A stretch of 41,807 nucleotides of DNA from a virus (Duplodnaviria > Caudoviricetes). Shown piece after piece: positions 34,430 to 41,807 of this stretch (position 1 is its first letter; each line of letters starts with the position of its first letter). The DNA is taken from IMG/VR virus record IMGVR_UViG_3300045837_000015, positions 1-41,807 of that record. The stretch is one strand, 5' to 3'. The position numbers were made by a program, and so were the translations under genes. A model generated the notes under the pieces. The model was not told the origin of the DNA, did no database searches, and was given only the letters and a program-made list of their open reading frames with translations.

Positions 34430-36844
34430 CTACGTGCCGCCGTTGACTTGGCTCGGCATGAATCCCTGGTATCGGTTCGCGCTGTTGGCCATTCCTTGGA
34501 TGTCGAATAGCGGCGTGTTGTCTTTCACGTTCTGCGTCACGTTCAGCGAATGATCAATGTTGCCGATGTTCGTTGTCGGTCCCGGCGCGGCACCGGTTCC
34601 CTGGTGCGCGGTCGGAACCACGTTCGAGCCTGCCGCTCCTGGGATGACGTTTTTGAGGCCGGGAATCAAATCCAGGAACGGCAACGTCGAACCGTCACCA
34701 CCGGCAACAGAACCGGCGCCGTCGCTGGCCCCGATCCCGGCGACGTATTTCAGTATCCCGGTGCCCAGCTTGGTGATGCCCCACTGCAGCGGGCTGCCCA
34801 GGTTTTGGCCGGGGAAGCCGCTCAGGACCGACCCGTCCAGGCCGACGGCTTCAAGTAGCCCGTTCACTAGTCCTTTGCCGAGGTCGTTGGCTTCCTTCTC
34901 GAACGGACTTTTCTGGTCATCTGCTGTTTTGTCTTTATCGCTGCTCGCGACGTAGACAGGGTCATGCTGCGCACCGGTCGGTATCTGACCGCCAGCCGCT
35001 CCTGCGCGACCACGGCCGCCGGTCAGCGCAGCCTCAAACGCTGCCGCCTGCGCATCAGTGACCGCCAGGTGGACGTGGTCGCCGTGGTAGCCGGCCTGTC
35101 CACTGCTGTACACCGAACCCGGCATGTCGATCGCGGGACCGAGCTTGCCGCTCTTGATGTTCTGCGTGACGCCGGGACCGGAGTGGATGAGTTCTTCAAT
35201 ATAGGGCGCGAACTGTAGCAGGTAGTTGGAGAGTGCGGCTTGTTCTGCTGGTGTGCCGCCGCCGATGTCGATGGCTTGGCCTTTGGGATGCCAGCCCTGG
35301 TCCATCGGATGGTCCGACATGCCGGCGGTCAACTGCAAGTCAGGGAACATCGATTGGGCTGCGGCGAGGGCGTAGGCGAGTTGTGGGTGCGCGCCACGAA
35401 CATCCGGCAAGCTGGTGACTGATGACGTCATGCTTCGCGGTGCGCGCGGCGCAGGAGCCGAACCACCGCCGCCGGCACCGCTGGCAGCAGCGGCAGCACC
35501 AGCACCACCCGGCGCCCCAAAGTGATACGTGTTCGGCCACGCCTTCGGGCCTTGATGCGCGAGGATTCTCTCTGCGACCGCGATCTGCTGCTCACGGGTA
35601 GCTTTATCAGCGGTCGGGGCATAAGCAGTCCCACCGAACTGCACCCACGTCGAATCAAGGATTTGCAGGCCACCGCGGAATGCTCGGCCCTGAGAATCGG
35701 AGCCTAAGTCCCAGCGGCCACCGGATTCTGCCTGGGCTATCGCATCCCAGTCAGTGCCGGATGTCGGGGCCGGTGGCGCTGCCGCAGCAGCGCCCCAGTA
35801 GACGTTTGAGCCGCTGGGAATGTCGGTAGTTGGTGTTGATTGCGATGCTGGAGGTGCTGGCATAGGTGGCGGTGCGCCACCACCACCCGGTGCCCCTCCC
35901 AATCGAGTCGGGTCGAGCGGACCGCCCGGCGCAGTTGCTGGCAGCGCACCAGGAGTCGGAGCCGGGGCTGGCGGCGCGGGAGCGTGCATCGACGGCGGCT
36001 CAAAAAACTTGAGCGGACCGCCATGCTCCATGATCCACCGGTCTATCCCACTTTTCGGGGTGCCATCGGGATTCATAAACCGATCGTGGATGGCGCCAAC
36101 ATGGTCGAACAGGTTCGCAAGTTCTTTACCCAGACCAATACCCACGGAGATCGGTCCCGCTAGCTCGGAGATTGCCGTTCCGACTCGGCCGATAATCCCA
36201 GGCAATCCCTTAAACAGCTCACTCCACTGTTCGATTTGGCCCCGCACATTGGCCGACTTGTTGAAGACGTCCTGAACAGCGCCAGCAACGCCACCCTCAC
36301 CGAGATCGATGCCTATGCGTTTCGCTAGATCATCGACGCGACCCAGCGCGCCGCCGATTTTGTCGCCGATTATCGAGCCGACACGGTCACCGATAGCACC
36401 GATCGGACCTTCCGCAGCGGCGAAGTGCTGTGTGAGGGTGTTTCCGAGGTTGGTGCCGACTTTGGCGCCGATGTCAGACGCTTGACCTTCGAGCAGTGTT
36501 CCGAGGACACCGAATCGGTTGGTGATGGCGCGGGCACCGTCCTCGCCAGCTTTGGCGAGGTTGTCTGAGATGGTTTTCGAGCTGTCGACGCTAGCGCGGG
36601 ATAGTGCGTCGTGGATGCTGTGGCCTGCGCTGGTGAAGATGTCTTTGGCGCGTGACCCGACTTTCTCCAGGTCGTCGTGGATTGTGGAGCCGATGTCGCG
36701 AACTGATTCGCGGAAGCGGCCTTTGGCTTCTTTGCCGGCCTCTTCCATCTTCGGGCCGACCTGGCTGGTTTCGGGAACAACCGGAACCCAAAGGGTGGCG
36801 ATAGTGACATCGCCGGAAGAACCTCCGCCGGTGGGGCTAGTCAT
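34430..36844 (-). CDS. Tape measure protein with Rpf-like transglycosylase and Zn-peptidase-like domains (804 aa)
   Basis: IATLWVPVVP N-terminus; WDAIAQAESGG...GGLQI..STW..FGG...ATREQQIAVAE..L..QG..AWP; H.KGQAID...EELI...HGDHVH. Confidence 0.9.
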   Translation of the reverse strand: MTSPTGGGSSGDVTIATLWVPVVPETSQVGPKMEEAGKEAKGRFRESVRDIGSTIHDDLEKVGSRAKDIFTSAGHSIHDALSRASVDSSKTISDNLAKAGEDGARAITNRFGVLGTLLEGQASDIGAKVGTNLGNTLTQHFAAAEGPIGAIGDRVGSIIGDKIGGALGRVDDLAKRIGIDLGEGGVAGAVQDVFNKSANVRGQIEQWSELFKGLPGIIGRVGTAISELAGPISVGIGLGKELANLFDHVGAIHDRFMNPDGTPKSGIDRWIMEHGGPLKFFEPPSMHAPAPPAPAPTPGALPATAPGGPLDPTRLGGAPGGGGAPPPMPAPPASQSTPTTDIPSGSNVYWGAAAAAPPAPTSGTDWDAIAQAESGGRWDLGSDSQGRAFRGGLQILDSTWVQFGGTAYAPTADKATREQQIAVAERILAHQGPKAWPNTYHFGAPGGAGAAAAASGAGGGGSAPAPRAPRSMTSSVTSLPDVRGAHPQLAYALAAAQSMFPDLQLTAGMSDHPMDQGWHPKGQAIDIGGGTPAEQAALSNYLLQFAPYIEELIHSGPGVTQNIKSGKLGPAIDMPGSVYSSGQAGYHGDHVHLAVTDAQAAAFEAALTGGRGRAGAAGGQIPTGAQHDPVYVASSDKDKTADDQKSPFEKEANDLGKGLVNGLLEAVGLDGSVLSGFPGQNLGSPLQWGITKLGTGILKYVAGIGASDGAGSVAGGDGSTLPFLDLIPGLKNVIPGAAGSNVVPTAHQGTGAAPGPTTNIGNIDHSLNVTQNVKDNTPLFDIQGMANSANRYQGFMPSQVNGGT

Positions 36845-37215
36845 CGAGCGTTGTCGGCTTTCTGCCGTTTGATGAACTCATCGAGTGGCATGGTGTCGAA
36901 AGTGATCCTGTCGGGGTCTGCAACTGTTTTCGGTTCCGGCTCGCGCGGTTTGGTTCCCGGCCGCTGATAACGGTCCTTGAGTTTGACGAGGCCGGCGCGC
37001 TGCTCCAACTGGGTGGCGAGCAGATGATCGGTGACCGTCCAACCGCCGTCGGTCATGTAGCGGACGGCGCTGCCCGCGGGTGCGGCTACGATGATCGACA
37101 CAACTTCCGCGGCAGACAGTTTCGTGAACATGTCGCTCGCCCGATAGCCGAGTGCTAACAGGTCGCGCTGGACCGCGTGCCAATGAAACCCGAGGACACG
37201 GACCAGCGTCAGGAT
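36841..37215 (-). CDS. Tail assembly chaperone, -1 frameshift extension
   Basis: The -1 frame is open from the slippery site (ILTLVRVLGFHWHAVQRDLLALGYRASDMFTK...) to 36841. Confidence 0.85.
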   Translation of the reverse strand: MLTLVRVLGFHWHAVQRDLLALGYRASDMFTKLSAAEVVSIIVAAPAGSAVRYMTDGGWTVTDHLLATQLEQRAGLVKLKDRYQRPGTKPREPEPKTVADPDRITFDTMPLDEFIKRQKADNAR

Positions 37216-37607
37216 TCCCCCGGCAGCCCGGCCTCTGGCGGCTCGGTCACCTCAGCGAACCAGCGGCGAAACAACTCCTGGCGTTCCTCATCGGGTAAAT
37301 CGAGTGCGCGTTCCACGATGTCGTCGGGGACTTTGGCGCGCTCCAGAAACGCGAACGTCTGATACGGCTCGTTCAACTTCCGTACCCGCCACAGGAATTT
37401 GATCGGTTTGACTCCGTCGACTTCCTCCCACAACACATCCGCGGTAGGGAAGATGATCAGCTCGCCGCCGTCCTTGGGTTGGTAGGTGAATGTCGGCGCA
37501 TCCCCATAAGGCGATTTCGGCTTGGGCTTGCCGTTGGATTTGGCTTTCGGGCCTTCGGCGGCCCGCCGCATCTTCTCTTCGGTGCTGAGTTCTGTTGGCG
37601 CGGTCAT
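37209..37607 (-). CDS. Tail assembly chaperone
   Basis: Between major tail and TMP; ends LPGES. Confidence 0.88.
   Translation of the reverse strand: MTAPTELSTEEKMRRAAEGPKAKSNGKPKPKSPYGDAPTFTYQPKDGGELIIFPTADVLWEEVDGVKPIKFLWRVRKLNEPYQTFAFLERAKVPDDIVERALDLPDEERQELFRRWFAEVTEPPEAGLPGES
37214..37221 (-). other. Programmed -1 ribosomal frameshift site GGGGGAAT
   Basis: CCG GGG GAA TCC TGA at the end of the chaperone gene. Confidence 0.85.
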
Positions 37608-38188
37608 TAGGTGTGGATGCCGTCGTTGGTGATCAGATAGGAGAAGTTGCCGCTGGTGTCAGGGAACGCCTGCACCGTCACATCAAACACCTGCAACGCT
37701 TTCTGGGTCCACCGGGTTGCGCGTTGCGTGGTGACACGCGCATTGGGTACCGCCCACCGCACCGTAGCGTTCTGGTAGTAGCCCGCGAACACCCAGGCGC
37801 TGTTGATCGGTAGCTTCGGGTTGATGGTGGTCGTCGTCAACGTACCGACCGTGCTGGTAGGTGGAGTGACGGTGACGTTGGTGTCACTGAACACCGTCTT
37901 GAGTACGTCGGGATCCAGCGGCTGCAACAGTTTGAACGAGAATGTGTTGTTGAAGCTTGTCTGTAAGCTGGCGACCAGCCCACCGCCCCAGCCGTATTGG
38001 GGAGTGTTGGGTCGCGCGATGTCGACCGTGATGCCGTCATCATCGACCCAGCCGAGCGGGATGAATGCCACATTGAGTGCGGTTGTGGTATCGGTTGGCA
38101 GCGTCGTCCCTGCTGGTGCGCGGTAGACGCCGCCCGAAACATCAGGTGATGCTGCGAGGATTTGCGTTGTTGAAAGACCCGACATCAA
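37607..38188 (-). CDS. Major tail protein
   Basis: GGVYRAPAGTTLPTD...LGWVDDDG...WGG...AFPD..GN. Confidence 0.92.
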   Translation of the reverse strand: MMSGLSTTQILAASPDVSGGVYRAPAGTTLPTDTTTALNVAFIPLGWVDDDGITVDIARPNTPQYGWGGGLVASLQTSFNNTFSFKLLQPLDPDVLKTVFSDTNVTVTPPTSTVGTLTTTTINPKLPINSAWVFAGYYQNATVRWAVPNARVTTQRATRWTQKALQVFDVTVQAFPDTSGNFSYLITNDGIHT

Positions 38189-38201
38189 TGTTCCCTATCT
38201 G

Positions 38202-38639
38202 TTAGTCGGATTGGTTGAACGGGAGTCCCGGCACCCGCCAGGTCACGGCCGCGCGGAACCGCGGCAAAATCACATTCGGATCAGTAAGACGATGCGCCGC
38301 AATAACACCGGTCACCCCGACCACATACACACCGTTCACCGTCTGGCCCTGTGCCGCTGAGGTGAGCGCGACAGCTTGGTCGGCGATCTCCGCGCCCTGG
38401 TTTTCGTCGGCGCTGTAGGCGTGCATGATGCACTGCAGGTCGTATTGGAACGGTGTCGGTTTGGAGCCGCCGCCGTACTCGAGGCGTAGGAACCCGTTGA
38501 CGGTGTCCGCAGTGTTGTCCGGTGACGGTAGCCGGGTGGCGATCGGCGTCGGACCTAATGGCCCCAACAGGAAGGCGCGGACCAGTTGCACGATCTTGGG
38601 CGGTTTGAGTATCGGCCAATACGTGCTCGGCAACGTCAT
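38202..38639 (-). CDS. Tail terminator
   Basis: Position before major tail; ATRLP...FLR...GG...DP....R. Confidence 0.8.
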   Translation of the reverse strand: MTLPSTYWPILKPPKIVQLVRAFLLGPLGPTPIATRLPSPDNTADTVNGFLRLEYGGGSKPTPFQYDLQCIMHAYSADENQGAEIADQAVALTSAAQGQTVNGVYVVGVTGVIAAHRLTDPNVILPRFRAAVTWRVPGLPFNQSD

Positions 38640-38932
38640 TGCTTAGGAAGCCCCGCAATCGCCTTCAACAGCACGGATTCGCCTTGCTCGACATGGATTC
38701 CGGTGCGCCCCAGCGGGTGCACGTAAGCACGCGCCCGCGTGCCGCCGGGAGTGACATAGACACCGAAGTTGTCGTTGCCGGCTTCGCTCGGCCGGTTGAA
38801 CTGCGCGGCCATCGAGTTCGCCGAGTCCGCCAACTGCTGCGCGATCTGCTTCAACCTGGCTGCGGTGCCGGGGTGGCGTAGCAGCTTCTCCCGGTCCTCC
38901 GATGTCATGCCTTGCCAGTCGTCGTCGGGCAT
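38636..38932 (-). CDS. Neck / tail completion protein (98 aa, MPDDDW...)
   Basis: TGATG overlap; RARAYV...LLKA motif. Confidence 0.75.
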   Translation of the reverse strand: MPDDDWQGMTSEDREKLLRHPGTAARLKQIAQQLADSANSMAAQFNRPSEAGNDNFGVYVTPGGTRARAYVHPLGRTGIHVEQGESVLLKAIAGLPKQ

Positions 38933-39330
38933 CAGTTGACCCGCCTCACGTGCACGGTGCCGCCGAACAGCTTGGAGTAGTGTTGCCACGGCAGGCCGAT
39001 CTGCCAATTCACCGGGCGGCCTTGCACTTCGTAGGCGACGGTTTCGCCGGTGGTGTTGACCAGCACCCGATCGAGCTTCTTGTAAAGCGTCGGATCAGGA
39101 ACCTCGAGAATCAGGTCGGTGATGGTGCGCTCCACATACTCGACAGAGATCGGGTCGACCCTGCCGTCGTGGAGTTGTTGGATTCCGATGATGTAGCGGG
39201 TCACCGGCGCCGCCAGCGACCCGACCGGGTTGCCGTCAGCGTCCAAAACCTGCTTGCCCTGGCTGTCGACCTGCCACACCCACACCTGATGCTGAATCGG
39301 GATTTTCGCCGGAAGAACAGTGAGAGCCAT
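38932..39330 (-). CDS. Head-to-tail stopper
   Basis: DADGNP...YEVQG.P..W...V.RV; gene order. Confidence 0.8.
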   Translation of the reverse strand: MALTVLPAKIPIQHQVWVWQVDSQGKQVLDADGNPVGSLAAPVTRYIIGIQQLHDGRVDPISVEYVERTITDLILEVPDPTLYKKLDRVLVNTTGETVAYEVQGRPVNWQIGLPWQHYSKLFGGTVHVRRVN

Positions 39331-39929
39331 CAGAACCGGACAAGGGTGAACGGCCCCAGGCGGCGGCGCTGATCATCGGTCGGCACAATCCCCAACGCAC
39401 CCAGGCCGATCGTGTACGGACCCGAGGCGATCTGGTTCGCCACACCGGCCGGCATCTCCATCGCGCGGGCCGCCAGCTCGTAGGCGACCGCGGCAACCGG
39501 TGCGGGAACGGTTGGATAGCCGTGCGTGAACGTCACCGCCGCGCGTTTCGCCAGCGGGCTTGGGTATTCGCGGAACTTGTGCTCCGACTGGATCGGCCAC
39601 AACGGCCACTGAAAATACTGGTTCGCGTTGTAGACACGTTTGATGTAGCCCGCAGTTTCGAACTCATAGCTCGACGGGTCCAACGCCAGCCCGTCGATCG
39701 TGATCGACGACACCGCAGTCACATACAGCGACGGCAGCATGATCGTCCCATCCGGCTGGATCGGCAGCGACACCGTCGTTGTGACGCTCGGCGCCACATG
39801 CCACTGGCAGATATCCCAGCGCACCGTCTCCCCAGCGGCGTTCAAAAACCAGTCGGGGTCACTGGCCTGAAACAGCGCCAAATCATCCGAAGACAGCAGC
39901 GTCGGGATCGGATCAGCAGGACTGGTCAC
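39330..39929 (-). CDS. Head-to-tail adaptor
   Basis: C.WHVAP, LPSLYV..VSS, VTFTHGY, L..F end. Confidence 0.85.
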   Translation of the reverse strand: MTSPADPIPTLLSSDDLALFQASDPDWFLNAAGETVRWDICQWHVAPSVTTTVSLPIQPDGTIMLPSLYVTAVSSITIDGLALDPSSYEFETAGYIKRVYNANQYFQWPLWPIQSEHKFREYPSPLAKRAAVTFTHGYPTVPAPVAAVAYELAARAMEMPAGVANQIASGPYTIGLGALGIVPTDDQRRRLGPFTLVRF

Positions 39930-40072
39930 GGCTGGCTAATCCAAATCTGCTTGTACTCCGAATCCACCACCGGCACACCCATGCCCGCGTCCTCATGGAA
40001 GTCGGTCACCGGCCGGTAAATGTAGCGGTCGGTGTCGGGTGGAATGTCCGGCGGAACGTAAGGTCCAGTCAC
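39926..40072 (-). CDS. Hypothetical protein (48 aa; not in ORF track)
   Basis: MTGPYVPPDIPPDTDRYIYRPVTDFHEDAGMGVPVVDSEYKQIWISQP; GTGA overlaps at both ends. Confidence 0.6.
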   Translation of the reverse strand: MTGPYVPPDIPPDTDRYIYRPVTDFHEDAGMGVPVVDSEYKQIWISQP

Positions 40073-40323
40073 TTACTCTTGCTCTTGGACTTCGCGCTCG
40101 ACTTCTTCGGCGCGGGCCGGTCTTCCGGTTCCACCGTTTTCGACACGTAGTCAGGTTCCTCGGGAAGATCGGCGACGTCTTTCGGTATCTCGCTCTCCGA
40201 CATGTGCTTCTTGGGAAGGTTGCGGTCTTTCGCGCGTGACGCCTCGATGTCGACGCCCTCGACAGGTGGCGGCCCATCCCCGCGCTCGCGCTCCGGTTCT
40301 GGGATTGATGTTGTGTAACCCAT
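40069..40323 (-). CDS. Charged low-complexity protein after the capsid gene (84 aa)
   Basis: GAGG RBS; Lys-rich tail. Confidence 0.7.
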   Translation of the reverse strand: MGYTTSIPEPERERGDGPPPVEGVDIEASRAKDRNLPKKHMSESEIPKDVADLPEEPDYVSKTVEPEDRPAPKKSSAKSKSKSK

Positions 40324-40362
40324 TGCCTCGTCCTCGCTTTCGTGACATCACCGAATTTTGGG

Positions 40363-40416
40363 GGAAGCCGGCCAGGACTGCGCCCGAGGCGTAGTGGCCG
40401 GCCCTGGCCGGCTTCC
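40363..40416. terminator. Strong hairpin downstream of the major capsid gene
   Basis: GGAAGCCGGCCAGG / CCTGGCCGGCTTCC perfect 14-bp inverted repeat with an inner stem; no U-tract on the minus strand. Confidence 0.65.
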
Positions 40417-40430
40417 GATCCTGGGTGCGA

Positions 40431-41807
40431 CTATGCGCCGTTCAGGAACTGCACCAGCTCGTGCACCTCGGGACGCTCAACCATCAAACCGATTCTTTCT
40501 TCGGCCCTGGCTGTCCAGAGGTTCTGCTCAAAGTCAGTTCCGTTTGTGTTCGTAATGTCGACCCGCAGGCCGCCACGGCGAAGCACCCGGTCCCAGTCAG
40601 CGAAGTCACCAGTCAGCGCCAAACCCTGCGGCATGGCTGGTGTGGCAACTGTCTTCAGACCCCACAACCCGAACTGGAACACCGCTTGCGGTGTCGGCTC
40701 GTTCGCCGCGAAACCGTAGTCACGGCCAAACATGGACCCGCCATAATATTGATTGTTGAGGTCCTTAGCTAGCCTAACAGTCAAGTAGTCCAGCGGGTTC
40801 ATGATGATCGCGGTCGGCTCGAAGAACGTGTTGACGCGGATATCGGTGATAGCGCGCAACAGTCCTTCAGCGATCTGGATACCGGTCGGCGGGTTGGTGC
40901 CCGCCGCCGCACCCGCGCCACCATAAACAGCACGCCCAGGCGTCACTGTCGCGACGGTGTCTGGTGCGGCACCGATACCCGGCGTGCCCGCCGTCGGGAA
41001 CGACAAGTTGGTCACCGCAGGAACAGTCATCGGCGCCTGGAATGAACCAGCGAACGACAACAAACCACCCACACCGGGATAGCCTGCGCCCGCCACCAAT
41101 TCGATTTCTTCCTTACGCTGAACACCCTGAACGAGCCTCTGCTGGATCAAACCCCACACCATCGGGGCATCCATCACCAGCTCGTCAGTCACCCGCTCCA
41201 AGTTCGCGATCTTGCCCACCTGGGCGGTGAAGCGTTGCAGGGAGTGGGTGCTGGTGGGTTTCGTCGCACCTTCAGGAGTTGCGGCGGCGTTGTTCGTCCA
41301 CGTCGACTCACGAACCCACGTCACAACCGGCGAATCCGTTGCATACGACGGGATCAGGTCGGCGATCACATTCTGGTAAAACCGCAACTCCACGATCGGC
41401 TGCACGAACTCCGGTTGAATGAACGGACCCGCGGTACCGGTCAGGAAGTAGCTGTTCGCCGCCAGCGCGGATGGTGCGGTGGTGCCCGATGCGGCTTCAC
41501 CGGAAAGCCCGGTCACACCTTGGGCTTTCATCCGCATGTCTTCCTGGTAGCTCTTGAAAGCGAAGTCGAACGACACCGACTCGGGATGCCGAGTCTTCGG
41601 GTTGGCCGCTTCCTTCAGCTTTTCGAAACCCTCCTGGTATTCCTTGAGGTGCATCGGCTGCGCGTGCTCCGGTTGCCCCTCAGGGTTCGGGTCGGATGAA
41701 CCGGCAAGCCCTTGCGCTGCGCGCACATTCTTGATGGCGATGCCGATCTTCTCCGACTCCTTGTCGGCGGTTTTCACTACTTGTTCGAGTTCGTCAGCGG
41801 TGATCTC
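40431..41807 (-). CDS. Major capsid protein (HK97 fold), 5' end beyond the window
   Basis: EGATKP, KIA....TDEL..DAP, IIMNPLD..., LWGL..V.TP, GDF, FEQNL...RAEER.GL; frame stays open to the window edge. Confidence 0.93.
   Translation of the reverse strand, partial: EITADELEQVVKTADKESEKIGIAIKNVRAAQGLAGSSDPNPEGQPEHAQPMHLKEYQEGFEKLKEAANPKTRHPESVSFDFAFKSYQEDMRMKAQGVTGLSGEAASGTTAPSALAANSYFLTGTAGPFIQPEFVQPIVELRFYQNVIADLIPSYATDSPVVTWVRESTWTNNAAATPEGATKPTSTHSLQRFTAQVGKIANLERVTDELVMDAPMVWGLIQQRLVQGVQRKEEIELVAGAGYPGVGGLLSFAGSFQAPMTVPAVTNLSFPTAGTPGIGAAPDTVATVTPGRAVYGGAGAAAGTNPPTGIQIAEGLLRAITDIRVNTFFEPTAIIMNPLDYLTVRLAKDLNNQYYGGSMFGRDYGFAANEPTPQAVFQFGLWGLKTVATPAMPQGLALTGDFADWDRVLRRGGLRVDITNTNGTDFEQNLWTARAEERIGLMVERPEVHELVQFLNGA

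Noticed and set aside
14305-40019. Many long plus-strand ORFs in the track (e.g. 14305..15156, 18707..19603, 21422..22435, 31604..32494)
   Set aside because: They are antisense shadows of well-supported minus-strand genes, expected in high-GC DNA, and show no recognisable motifs.

Overview
The window is most of a GC-rich actinobacteriophage genome (mycobacteriophage-like siphovirus), encoded almost entirely on the minus strand. Read from right to left it runs: HK97-fold major capsid (5'-truncated at the window edge), head-tail connectors, major tail protein, tail assembly chaperones with a -1 frameshift, a short tape measure protein carrying an Rpf-like and a metallopeptidase-like domain, and a long minor-tail block with three glycine-rich domains. 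Next come a papain-like protease, an HNH-like gene, lysin A, lysin B, a holin and several membrane genes, then a small plus-strand island (12.6-13.9 kb). The early/replication arm follows: Cro/Xis-like HTH, C5-cytosine MTase with a nested out-of-frame gene, N4/N6 MTase, WhiB, exonuclease plus annealing protein, replication initiator with internal repeats, and a PAPS-reductase-like gene. It ends with small late genes, a terminal HNH nuclease and a probable cos-proximal region. No integrase or immunity repressor is visible. At their expected position lies the most unusual element: three small ORFs, each preceded by a copy of an imperfect-palindromic ~30-bp repeat plus an RBS, resembling a gene-cassette array. 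All functional calls come from motif recognition and gene order only; no database searches were run.
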